A DNA stretch of 64,000 nucleotides from Candidatus Sungiibacteriota bacterium. GTDB taxonomy: Bacteria > Patescibacteriota > Minisyncoccia > Sungbacterales > HO2-52-23. Positions 19,437-28,186 of this stretch are shown here, in pieces (within the stretch, counting starts at the first letter, position 1; each line of letters begins with the position of its first letter). The notes under the pieces were generated by a model. That model worked only from the letters and a program-made list of their open reading frames with translations, made no database searches and was not told the origin of the DNA. Position numbers and translations under genes: made by a program. The stretch is taken from positions 590,823 through 654,822 of the forward strand of contig CP066690.1 of the NCBI GenBank assembly GCA_016432465.1. Reading direction: 5' to 3'.

Positions 19437-20036
19437 ATGGAAGTAAAAAAACATCCCAAAGAAGAACGGACGTTTCTCTTGATAAAGCCCGATGGCGTAA
19501 AGCGCGGACTGGTTGGTGAGTGTATAAAACGAATTGAGCAACGAGGACTTAAAATTATTGCGTTTAAAATGGTCAGGGCGGGCGAGGAACATGCGCGTAC
19601 CCACTATCCCGGAACTGAAAAGTGGCTGCGGGGAATGGGCGAGAAAACACTTGAGACTTATGCCAAATACGGAAAAGACCCCAAAAACGAATTAGGCACT
19701 GATGACCCGTTTAAAATAGGGGAGCAGATTTATAAATGGAATACGGATTTTCTTACTTCGGGGCCAGTAGTGGCCACGATTATTTCCGGGATCCATGCGA
19801 TTGATATGGTTCGTAAAATAGTGGGTAAAACCGTACCGGCTCTGGCGGAGATGGGAACAATACGAGGCGACTTTTCGGTTGATTCTCCGGTGCTGGCCAA
19901 TGGCGGCAAGCGGGCTATCCACAATGTTGTGCATGCTTCAGGAGATCCGGAGGAGGCGGAGCATGAAATTGAACACTGGTTTTCGCCAGAAGAAATACAC
20001 GACTACAAGAGAGCGGAGGAAGACATAATGTTTTGA
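19437..20036 (+). CDS. ndk: Nucleoside diphosphate kinase
   Basis: ERTFLLIKPDGV, SGPVVA, GTIRGDF, NVVHAS. Confidence 0.95.
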   Translation: MEVKKHPKEERTFLLIKPDGVKRGLVGECIKRIEQRGLKIIAFKMVRAGEEHARTHYPGTEKWLRGMGEKTLETYAKYGKDPKNELGTDDPFKIGEQIYKWNTDFLTSGPVVATIISGIHAIDMVRKIVGKTVPALAEMGTIRGDFSVDSPVLANGGKRAIHNVVHASGDPEEAEHEIEHWFSPEEIHDYKRAEEDIMF

Positions 20037-20037
20037 A

Positions 20038-20069
20038 ATCAAAAAACCGCGCAGACGCGGTTTTTTGAT
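20038..20069. terminator. Bidirectional intrinsic terminator
   Basis: ATCAAAAAACCGCG-CAGA-CGCGGTTTTTTGAT. Confidence 0.8.
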
Positions 20070-20298
20070 ACCCCACCGTTTCAAGAACAAAAGGCATTTA
20101 GCATAAATCCAAGTGGGTCGCCGCAACCCTCGGTCCAAAGACCTAGGTACTATAAGCGTCCCAAGTAAAAACAATTGTCCTAAAGCCTAAATTCTTGAGC
20201 AGTGAGGCTAACCTTAATATAACAAATTAAAAACCTGCTTGCTACTAAAATATCCCCAGTCGGGTTATATTATTTGAGTACCTTGAAAAAGGGTTTTT

Positions 20299-21378
20299 AT
20301 GAAAATTCTGGTTGTGGGACTCGGAACTATCGGGGAGCCCTTGGCCCGGCTTTTTCTTAAGGTTAAGGACAGACTGGGCATTGAGGAACTTATGGTGCAT
20401 AAAAACACCCCCGAACTTAAATATCGTGGAATGCTTAGCCGTTTTCGTCAGTTTGGGGCAAAACAGGTTGTCTATGTAGAAAAGAAAGAGGAGTTCTCCA
20501 AGCTTCTGGCGCCGAGCTCTTTTGATGCAGACTATACTTTTGAGGAGGCAATTATGCGGGCCGACGTTATTGTGGATTGTACGGTTAAGGGCGTGGGCCG
20601 GATGCTAAAAGAGAAGTACTATCGTCACTTGCCCAACCCCAAAGTAATTTTTCAGGGGTCGGAAAAGGGCACCGGTAAGCCCTATGCTTTTTCGATTAAC
20701 GACAAGGCCCTGATCCCCAACGAAGATAAGTTTATCCAGGTTGTAAGCTGTAACACCCATCAGATTCTTTGTATTTTGCAGACATTGGTATTTGCCTATG
20801 GCGGGGTGGAGAATCTTGGACAGGCCCGTTTCTATATTGCGCGACGTGCCAACGATATTTCCCAGACCGAATCAACCGTGGGAGTAGAAGTTGAGGGTCC
20901 GGTTCATTCGTGTTTTGGTTCGCATCAGGCCGAAGACGCGGCGCGCGTTTTTGCGACTCTGGGCATTAAGGATTTAGACATTCATGCTGCTGCTGATACT
21001 TTCAACAACCCCTTTATGCATGTGATCCACTTCAATATCACGCTGCGTACAGCAGTAACTTTGGAGGAAGTTGAGCGGCGCTTTCGTCAAAACCCCCTTA
21101 CTGCCGTTACTTATTGGCAGACCAACAATGAAGTTTTTGCCGAAGGGCGCGACTGGGGACATTTTGGAAGAATCCTTAATCAGACCGTAGTTTGTTTGCC
21201 CTCGCTGCAGGTGATTGGTGGTGGCCACGAAGTGGTGGGACGGTGTTTTACACCGCAGGACGGCAACGCCATTTTATCTTCTGTGGCCGCTGCGCTTTGG
21301 TTTCGGGATCCTATAAAGTACCGTGAAGAACTTCAGGAAAACTTTTTTAAGCTCCCCTTTATTTTTGATGAAGTCTAA
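20299..21378 (+). CDS. Type II (archaeal-like) glyceraldehyde-3-phosphate dehydrogenase-like protein
   Basis: GLGTIG Rossmann motif, IVDCT, IFQGSEK, VVSCNT catalytic Cys motif. Confidence 0.75.
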   Translation: MKILVVGLGTIGEPLARLFLKVKDRLGIEELMVHKNTPELKYRGMLSRFRQFGAKQVVYVEKKEEFSKLLAPSSFDADYTFEEAIMRADVIVDCTVKGVGRMLKEKYYRHLPNPKVIFQGSEKGTGKPYAFSINDKALIPNEDKFIQVVSCNTHQILCILQTLVFAYGGVENLGQARFYIARRANDISQTESTVGVEVEGPVHSCFGSHQAEDAARVFATLGIKDLDIHAAADTFNNPFMHVIHFNITLRTAVTLEEVERRFRQNPLTAVTYWQTNNEVFAEGRDWGHFGRILNQTVVCLPSLQVIGGGHEVVGRCFTPQDGNAILSSVAAALWFRDPIKYREELQENFFKLPFIFDEV

Positions 21379-21433
21379 AAAACAAAACAGACCGTACGGT
21401 CTGTTTTTATCTTTCAGGTCGGGTATTTTGATC

Positions 21434-22258
21434 CTAGTATTGATTAATCAATTTGTTTACCAAAATCCGTCTCCGTATTGAGGGAAAATAAACCGGCCGA
21501 CCGTAGAGAGTTGTCTTGGCCTTATGGCCAACTCTTGCTAAAAACTTATCTAAGGACAGCTTTTTAGAATACGGGTTGTAAATAGAGTTTTTTAATCTTT
21601 CATCAAGGTCACGCTCATTTCGAATTTCAGGATTTTTACCAGTGGTCTTTCTTACTACCCCGGTTACATAATCTACAATGGATCCGCAGCCGGGCACAAT
21701 CGCATAAGACTCTTCAAGTCTTGGTAACCCCAATTTTGCAGCCAGCCCCCTTACTTCAAATCTAAGAAGTCCGCCAAGCGGCAAAAAATCGCCAGCAAAT
21801 AAATCCTTGGGGTAAAACCCAGTCAAAATCTCGGCTAAGTCCAGTGTTCCCACAACCAAACCGTGTTTTTCACGAGCTATTTCCCGTAGGACTATATACA
21901 TTAGGGAGTCATTCTGGGTGACATCGAAAGATTTTTCTGCGGGCATAAGTTTAATTTTTGCGATTTCTTTTTTCACAACACTCCTATAGTCTTTCGCCAG
22001 CCGTCTTAAGTCTATTTCAATTAAGCGGGTGCCTAAAAGGTTAGATACCCTCCGTGCGTTTTCAGTTTCTTTTTTTCGAAGCGTGGAGGCGCTGAAATGA
22101 ATTCCTACTGTCCTTGATTTGCCAATTGCGTAAGAAGCAACAGCAAGACAAGTGGAGGAGTCAAGACCCCCACTTAATGGCAGATAAAGATATCTCCCGC
22201 TTGGCACAAGGCTTCTAGTCCACTTTATGATTTTCCAAAAATTTGACTTGTCTTGCAT
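21434..22258 (-). CDS. Divergent NAD synthetase-like PP-loop ATPase
   Basis: LSGGLDSS, VVGT, GDFLPLGGL..EVRGLA..LG. Confidence 0.7.
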   Translation of the reverse strand: MQDKSNFWKIIKWTRSLVPSGRYLYLPLSGGLDSSTCLAVASYAIGKSRTVGIHFSASTLRKKETENARRVSNLLGTRLIEIDLRRLAKDYRSVVKKEIAKIKLMPAEKSFDVTQNDSLMYIVLREIAREKHGLVVGTLDLAEILTGFYPKDLFAGDFLPLGGLLRFEVRGLAAKLGLPRLEESYAIVPGCGSIVDYVTGVVRKTTGKNPEIRNERDLDERLKNSIYNPYSKKLSLDKFLARVGHKAKTTLYGRPVYFPSIRRRILVNKLINQY

Positions 22259-22260
22259 TG

Positions 22261-22331
22261 TCGGGGTACCGAGATTCGAACTCGGACTAAATCCACCCCA
22301 TGGACTCGTGCTGCCGTTACACTATACCCCG
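22261..22331 (-). tRNA. tRNA-Pro(GGG), CCA not encoded
   Basis: Acceptor CGGGGTA/TACCCCG, anticodon loop ATGGGGT, T-arm CCGAGTTCGAATCTCGG. Confidence 0.93.
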
Positions 22332-22388
22332 CCTTCGTCCGCCGTAGCGGACTTCGGCGGGTAAAACCCGTTAGTCCGCGAAGGCGGA
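22329..22388. repeat. Palindromic element abutting the tRNA 5' end
   Basis: CCGCCTTCG...CGAAGGCGG with inner TCCGCCGTAGCGGA. Confidence 0.65.
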
Positions 22389-23279
22389 TTACACCTTCTT
22401 TATCCATCTCATAATCGTCCGTGAAAGTTCCTTTTCTTTTTTCTGAAAGCCGTGCTTCGCGCCTTTAATTATAAATCCAGAAAAAGATTTTGTCCCGCGC
22501 GCATTTTTCTCAAAAATTTCAATTAAATTTTTGGCGGGGCGGTCAAGGTGTTCATCGCGAGAGCCGATAATTACGGCTAATGGCACCCGAACGCTTTTTA
22601 ACTCTTTCCACTTGGCGCGTGGATTAAGATAGGGGAACACATCTTCGGGGCTTCCTTGGGTATGCAAACTAAGGTAGCGGCGGGCAGTTATTATTTCCGG
22701 CTTTAGCCCGCGTCTTGTAAAAATCTCCATAGGAAACAGCTGGTCAAGCCGTTTTTTATTGCGGGCTATTTTCTGTACCTCTTTGAGTATTGGCTCAAAC
22801 GCTTTGCCAAGTTTCTTTTTTTCTGCAGCAATGTCGTTAATTCCTCCCAAAAGAAGCAGTCCCCGTACGCGGCGGTCGCGCGCTTTATACATATAGTATA
22901 GAACCTTGTTTGTGCCGGTGGAATGTCCGGCCAGAAAAATATGTTTGTATCCAAATCTCTGTGCCGTGTTGACGATGGCCCGGATGTCGTGGACGCAATC
23001 CTCAAATTTTTCAAAGGCTGAACCGCCAAGTCCGGCAGGCGGGAGCGCCTCATAATTTATAATATCGTGCCCGCGGTTATTAAATTTAAAGTATCCGATT
23101 CCATTTTTTCTGCAGCGCGATGCGAGCTCGTTGACGAGCGTTTGTCCCGAATAAAATCGTGAAGAAAAACCATGTATCCAGACAAGGGCGATTTTTGATT
23201 TCTTTTTTGGCCGGACATAGATGCCGTCCAGCGTAACTCCGTCACGGGTTTTTATTTTGGTGAGAAGAACGGGGATCAA
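22389..23279 (-). CDS. Alpha/beta hydrolase (DUF1749-like)
   Basis: IHG, NNRGHD, GHSTG nucleophile elbow, GAKHGF. Confidence 0.85.
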   Translation of the reverse strand: MIPVLLTKIKTRDGVTLDGIYVRPKKKSKIALVWIHGFSSRFYSGQTLVNELASRCRKNGIGYFKFNNRGHDIINYEALPPAGLGGSAFEKFEDCVHDIRAIVNTAQRFGYKHIFLAGHSTGTNKVLYYMYKARDRRVRGLLLLGGINDIAAEKKKLGKAFEPILKEVQKIARNKKRLDQLFPMEIFTRRGLKPEIITARRYLSLHTQGSPEDVFPYLNPRAKWKELKSVRVPLAVIIGSRDEHLDRPAKNLIEIFEKNARGTKSFSGFIIKGAKHGFQKKEKELSRTIMRWIKKV

Positions 23280-23386
23280 GTTAGTTCAATGTTTTAGGTT
23301 CCATGTTTACGTTATTCGTTTTAGGTTAAGGTTAACAAAAACTAATAACTTTAAACTTTAACTTACAACTTTTAACTTAAAACTAA
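23280..23386. repeat. Degenerate heptamer-periodic inverted repeat
   Basis: GTT-periodic and AACT-periodic 7-mer arms around GTTAAGGTTAAC. Resembles 41317-41420. Confidence 0.6.
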
Positions 23387-24958
23387 GGAGGGGTATTCTT
23401 TTGCCAGCTCCACAATATACCGTACTCCAACACCCGATGCGCCTTTGGCAAGAAACTCCGATTCCGTTGTGGTCATGCGCGGCGCGATATCAAGATGGGC
23501 CCAACGCGTTTTCCCCACAAATTGTTCAAGGAATTTTGCTCCGTGAATTGCTCCGCCCCGGCGATCTCCTTTGCCGATATTGGCAACGTCGCCGAAAGTT
23601 CCCTGGATTTCCGGTAAGTACTCATCCCATAAAGGCAGAGGCCAGACGTAGTCACCCGATATTTTTCCTACTTCTATCAGTTTTTCCTGCAGAGCTTCTC
23701 TATTCGTAAAAAGTGCGGATGCGTAATTCCCCAAGGCAACATGTGCCGAGCCAGTGAGTGTTGCTAAATCAACCATAAGTCCGGGCTGGTAGCGCGTGCC
23801 GTAATGTAGGGCATCAGAGAGAATCACGCGGCCTTCGGCATCAGTATTTAAAACCTCAATTGTTTTTCCGGACATAGTTTTAAGTAAATCTCCGGGGTGA
23901 TAACTTGAGCCGGAGGGCATATTTTCCACTGCCGGAATAAGGCCGATGACATTAATGGGAAGTTTGAGCCGCGCAAGGGCAGCCATTCCGTGTATTACTG
24001 CCGCGCCTCCCGACATATCCATATGCATTTCATAAATAGAGGTTTCCGGTTTTAAGTTTAGTCCACCAGTATCAAATGTTACCCCTTTGCCGACAAGCAC
24101 CAATGGTTTTTGCCGCCCAGCTTTGCTGGGCGAGCCTCGTCCCGCTTTTAGCGAGGCGGGTTCTTTTGACCCGTGCCGATACTCTAAAATAATAAATTTT
24201 GGTTTCTCATCCGACCCTCTGGCAACCCCGAGCACCCCTCCCATTCCGAGCCGCCTCATTTCTTTTTCTTCCAAAATTTTGACTCGCAGGCCGGTTCTTT
24301 TGGCCGTATGTGTAGCAGCTTCGGCGAGTCGGGCAGGCGTCATATCATCCCCGGGAGTATTGGTAAGTTCCCGGGCCGCATTTGTTTCTTCTCCTATAAT
24401 AGTTCCCTCTTTTATGCCTTTTTGAATTTCAGGAAAATCTTTTTTGTCCGCAGCAAGATAAATAGTTTTTACTTCCGGCCATCCGCCCATAGGCCGCTCT
24501 TTATATTTCACAAATTCAAAATTGGCCATGAGAGCGTTCGCCGTAAATACGGCAGCTCCATCTTTTTTATTCGTCCCTAGGTATGAACCGAAAGGAGTGG
24601 TGAATTCCGTTATTCTTTCGCTCCTTGCGTATTGCACATAGCGTCGTGCTACGAGCGGCGTTTTGCGATAATTCCATTTTGCTTGCCCCGCACCGTCGCG
24701 AAGCGTCTGGCGCGGGGATTTTCCCCCGAAACCAAAAAGCACAATTCTCTCCGGGCGCCCTTTAGCAAGCCAGAGCGATTTTGTTTCTTTCTCGTCTGCG
24801 CGGAATTCTTTTTTGGCAAAACCCGACAAAGGTTTCCGCGTTGACTCCGGCAGGTATGAAAAAAACTCCTCTTTGGCGAGAGGCTCTTTTTGAAATAGGC
24901 CCAGAAAAACATTTTTTGTTCGGGCAGCTTCTCTATGGGTTAGGGGCGTGATTTTCAT
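23372..24958 (-). CDS. pepA: Leucyl aminopeptidase (M17)
   Basis: GKGVTFDTGG, DMSGGA, NTDAEGR, ATLTG, HLDIA. Start overlaps the rpmB stop (ATGA). Confidence 0.95.
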   Translation of the reverse strand: MKITPLTHREAARTKNVFLGLFQKEPLAKEEFFSYLPESTRKPLSGFAKKEFRADEKETKSLWLAKGRPERIVLFGFGGKSPRQTLRDGAGQAKWNYRKTPLVARRYVQYARSERITEFTTPFGSYLGTNKKDGAAVFTANALMANFEFVKYKERPMGGWPEVKTIYLAADKKDFPEIQKGIKEGTIIGEETNAARELTNTPGDDMTPARLAEAATHTAKRTGLRVKILEEKEMRRLGMGGVLGVARGSDEKPKFIILEYRHGSKEPASLKAGRGSPSKAGRQKPLVLVGKGVTFDTGGLNLKPETSIYEMHMDMSGGAAVIHGMAALARLKLPINVIGLIPAVENMPSGSSYHPGDLLKTMSGKTIEVLNTDAEGRVILSDALHYGTRYQPGLMVDLATLTGSAHVALGNYASALFTNREALQEKLIEVGKISGDYVWPLPLWDEYLPEIQGTFGDVANIGKGDRRGGAIHGAKFLEQFVGKTRWAHLDIAPRMTTTESEFLAKGASGVGVRYIVELAKEYPSLVLS

Positions 24959-25137
24959 GTTTTGTGGAGTTTTTTCAGGCAGTCCATGCACACTTTAGCC
25001 CTTTTTCCAGAAGCTAATTTTGCCCACTGCAAATTAGGGTATTTTCGTACGGTTGTTGTTGGGTTATAATGGCTGCGGAGGAAAGAACGTCTGCCTCCTT
25101 TCGCAGACCCTTTGTGACAAATAGCGCACGATCGCAT
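24955..25137 (-). CDS. rpmB: 50S ribosomal protein bL28
   Basis: CAICHKG...RKYPNLQ...KVCMDCLK. Confidence 0.9.
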   Translation of the reverse strand: MRSCAICHKGSAKGGRRSFLRSHYNPTTTVRKYPNLQWAKLASGKRAKVCMDCLKKLHKT

Positions 25138-25160
25138 AAATTAAACTTTAACATTTTTAA

Positions 25161-25808
25161 ATGGAAAACGCAATTGGCGCCATTTTTTATATTGCTGTTC
25201 TTGTATTTTCCGTAGTAATCCATGAGGTATCGCATGGATATACCGCGCGTAGACTTGGGGACCGCACCGCCGAAGACGCAGGACGTCTTACCTTAAATCC
25301 GATTCCACACCTTGATCCCTTTGGGTCAATTTTATTGCCGGCTTTTTTATTGCTTATCGGCAGTCCCATACTAATAGGTTGGGCCAAGCCTGTTCCGTAT
25401 AATCCTTATAATTTACGAAATCAAAAATGGGGGCCGGCGTTGGTGGGCGCGGCAGGGCCGCTTGCCAATATCTCGCTTGCGGTTATCTTCGGGCTTTTGG
25501 TTAGATTTCTGCCAAGTCTTAGCGTCGGCCTCTCCGGCATTTTTATTTTAAACTTCATTACCATTGCAAGCACCATCGCGCTTCTTAACTTGGCGTTGGC
25601 CTTTTTTAATCTTGTTCCCATTCCGCCGCTGGACGGCTCCAAAGTACTTTTTGGAATTTTGCCGTATCAATGGAGGGGAGTTCAATACTTTCTGGAGCAG
25701 TACGGCACTTTTTTGCTTTTGATTTTTATTTTCTTTTTCGCGCGTCTTTTATTTCCGATTGTGCTCTTTTTCTTCAGGTTAATTACTGGCACATCCCCGT
25801 TCTTTTAG
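25161..25808 (+). CDS. Site-2 protease (M50)
   Basis: HEVSH, GRLTLNP, AAGPLAN, FNLVPIPPLDG. Confidence 0.93.
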   Translation: MENAIGAIFYIAVLVFSVVIHEVSHGYTARRLGDRTAEDAGRLTLNPIPHLDPFGSILLPAFLLLIGSPILIGWAKPVPYNPYNLRNQKWGPALVGAAGPLANISLAVIFGLLVRFLPSLSVGLSGIFILNFITIASTIALLNLALAFFNLVPIPPLDGSKVLFGILPYQWRGVQYFLEQYGTFLLLIFIFFFARLLFPIVLFFFRLITGTSPFF

Positions 25809-25877
25809 AGTGCTTGACAAAATACCAGTTTGTCTGGTACTATAATAGCACGAGGCTCTTTACAATGGGGGATAACA

Positions 25878-26834
25878 ATGAAGCGGTTCCTTACGGTCGC
25901 GGCCATTTTTGTTTTACTTTTTGGTTTGACCGCGCTAAGTGAAGCGCAAACAACGACGTGTACTGGAACATCAGTAAACTGTAGCAGTAATGCCGGTGGA
26001 GCTGGTGGTCAAGGTGGTAATGCGACAGGTGGGAATGCGACTGCCACAACCGGGAACCAGACTAACCAGCAGACCAATGACCAAACAAACCAACAGACTA
26101 ACCAGCAGACCAATGACCAAACAAACCAACAGACTAATCAGCAGACAACTACCCAGACCCAGAGTCAGGGTGATCAAAGTCAGTCAAATAAGCAGGAGAC
26201 TAAGGTGAGTACTCCAGTACAACCAGTTCCAGTTCCGTCCCCGAACATCACAATGCCCAATGCCACTCAGCCGATTAAACCCGAGGGTTGGGTCAATAAT
26301 TTTGCATTTAAGCCTTCAAAGATGACGTATGAGCAGGCCGAACGTTGTGCTGGGGGAAATGTGGAGAGTTCTTGGGATGGAGGTAAGGTGAAGATGTCGC
26401 GTAGTATCATACTATTTTGGCTAGACAATATGAAATTTCCTACTGCTGATTCCATGGATAATTACGTTGGAACAGCCAAGGCTTCGGATTACGAGCGATC
26501 TTCAAGTATGGCAGTACTTTGTTCGGCAGCACTAAAAGCAATGAGAAATGGTGCTGAAGTAGGGTTTGTGGACTACGTTCATCGTCCCGAGAATCATACC
26601 TCAAGTCGTGGCATTGGCGGAACATTCGGCTTTTCCGGGGTTCCCGGAGGCGGCGGAAACCCGTATGCTATTGCCGGCGGAGGCGGGCCAATGTTTGGAA
26701 GTTCTGATACCCATGTTCGTGGAAGACTCATCGTGCATATCCAGGGTTTTTGCGGTGACCCCTGCCAGGATCAGACAACAAAGAAAGACCCAGGTGATTA
26801 TAAATTCACGTCGGACCTCTACTCGTCAAACTAA
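25878..26834 (+). CDS. Hypothetical exported protein with Q/T/N repeats
   Basis: Signal peptide, 36-bp tandem repeat 26058-26146, own promoter and terminator (26852-26885). Confidence 0.8.
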   Translation: MKRFLTVAAIFVLLFGLTALSEAQTTTCTGTSVNCSSNAGGAGGQGGNATGGNATATTGNQTNQQTNDQTNQQTNQQTNDQTNQQTNQQTTTQTQSQGDQSQSNKQETKVSTPVQPVPVPSPNITMPNATQPIKPEGWVNNFAFKPSKMTYEQAERCAGGNVESSWDGGKVKMSRSIILFWLDNMKFPTADSMDNYVGTAKASDYERSSSMAVLCSAALKAMRNGAEVGFVDYVHRPENHTSSRGIGGTFGFSGVPGGGGNPYAIAGGGGPMFGSSDTHVRGRLIVHIQGFCGDPCQDQTTKKDPGDYKFTSDLYSSN

Positions 26835-26932
26835 AATAGTCAGTAGTGACAGCCCATAATCGAGTTCTCGATTATGGGCCTTTTTAATGCGAGCGGTTGA
26901 CCGCTAAGCAGTCTTCTGCTAAAATTTCTTTT

Positions 26933-27346
26933 ATGCCGACTATTACGCAGTTAATTAAACACGGGCGCTCGGCCCGCCGCTATAAAGCAAAAGCGCCTGC
27001 TCTTTTGCGCGGATTTAATGTTTTGAAAAATCGCCCCGAATTTTATCCTTCGCCGTTCAAGCGCGGAGTCTGCATCAAAGTAACAACCGTAACACCAAAG
27101 AAACCAAATTCCGCCCTGCGCAAGGTGGCGCGTGTTAGACTTACGAACGGCATGGAAGTTACGGCCTACATCCCGGGAGAAGGGCATAAACTTCAGGAGC
27201 ATTCGGTGGTTTTAATCCGTGGGGGAAGAGTCAAAGATTTGCCGGGAGTTCGGTATCATATTGTGCGTGGTATACTTGATACCACGGGAGTGGAGGGCAG
27301 AAAACAACAACGTTCCAAATATGGAGCAAAAAGGCCAAAACAATAG
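26933..27346 (+). CDS. rpsL: 30S ribosomal protein uS12
   Basis: [28 protein letters not shown]. Confidence 0.98.
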   Translation: MPTITQLIKHGRSARRYKAKAPALLRGFNVLKNRPEFYPSPFKRGVCIKVTTVTPKKPNSALRKVARVRLTNGMEVTAYIPGEGHKLQEHSVVLIRGGRVKDLPGVRYHIVRGILDTTGVEGRKQQRSKYGAKRPKQ

Positions 27347-27348
27347 TT

Positions 27349-27816
27349 ATGAGAAGGAAAAAGAAATTTCAACGAGAAATAACCTCCGATCAAAAATACA
27401 GCAACGTACAGGTTGCTAAATTTATTAACTACGTTATGCGTAAGGGGAAAAAATCTACCGCCCAGAGGGTTGTTTATAAAACTTTTGATTTGATTGAAAA
27501 AAAATATAAACAGGATCCGCTTGGTGTATTTACCACGGCAGTGCAAAATGCGGGGCCAACTCTTGAAGTACGTTCGCGCCGCATCGGCGGCGCAACTTAT
27601 CAGGTGCCGCGCGAAGTGAGGGGAGATAGAAGGCAAGCCTTGGCGTTTCGTTGGATTCTGGGTGCAGCGCGTTCCAAAAAAGGAAAACCCATGCACGAGA
27701 AATTAGCCGAAGAGTTGGTGGCCGCCACAAAGAATGAAGGTGTGGCAATAAAGAAAAAACTGGACACCCATCGTATGGCCGAGGCAAACAAAGCATTTGC
27801 GCATTTCGCGTGGTAA
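27349..27816 (+). CDS. rpsG: 30S ribosomal protein uS7
   Basis: [27 protein letters not shown]. Confidence 0.98.
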   Translation: MRRKKKFQREITSDQKYSNVQVAKFINYVMRKGKKSTAQRVVYKTFDLIEKKYKQDPLGVFTTAVQNAGPTLEVRSRRIGGATYQVPREVRGDRRQALAFRWILGAARSKKGKPMHEKLAEELVAATKNEGVAIKKKLDTHRMAEANKAFAHFAW

Positions 27817-27823
27817 GAACCCG

Positions 27824-27937
27824 AGAATGCGAAGCGCCAACCTTCAAAATTATATAAAAGGCGCGGAGTCCCGCACCGAACGAAGTTCTGGTGCGGGAGC
27901 AGAGGCCAATAAGGCGTTTGCTCACTTCGCGTGGTAG
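27824..27937 (+). pseudogene. Relic rpsG 3' end interrupted by a 69-bp hairpin insert
   Basis: RM-[27830-27898][12 protein letters not shown], synonymously recoded relative to rpsG. Confidence 0.85.
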
Positions 27938-27946
27938 ATTGCTCGC

Positions 27947-28104
27947 TAAAGCGGTTCCCTCGCCCCGCTCTTTTGTAAACACGCTCGTTTCGCTCCTGCG
28001 GCGAAACTCGCTAATAGTCGGCCGAAGTTTTCTCTGCCTATGGCAGAGAACCAAGCAAACTCCGTCCTCCATTGTTTACAAAAGGGCGGGGCTCGACCGC
28101 TTTA
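27947..28104 (+). repeat. Structured repeat family A copy 2
   Basis: CTTTTGTAAACACG...GTCGGCCGAAGTTTT...AACCAAGCAAACTCCGTCCTCCATTGTTTACAAAAG, closely matching 34160-34355. Confidence 0.8.
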
Positions 28105-28186
28105 CGCTCGCTTATAGAATTTTATTAACGGCCTCGGCCGCATTCTTACTCGCAGTGGGCATTTTTATTTTGTAAAGTATAATTTT

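Noticed and set aside
26058-26146. 36-bp repeats as CRISPR
   Set aside because: They are contiguous in-frame coding repeats without spacers.
27891-28175. 94-aa ORF, and similar ORFs at 10773, 15221, 34142 and 38380
   Set aside because: They are translations of GC-rich repeat elements with no protein signal.
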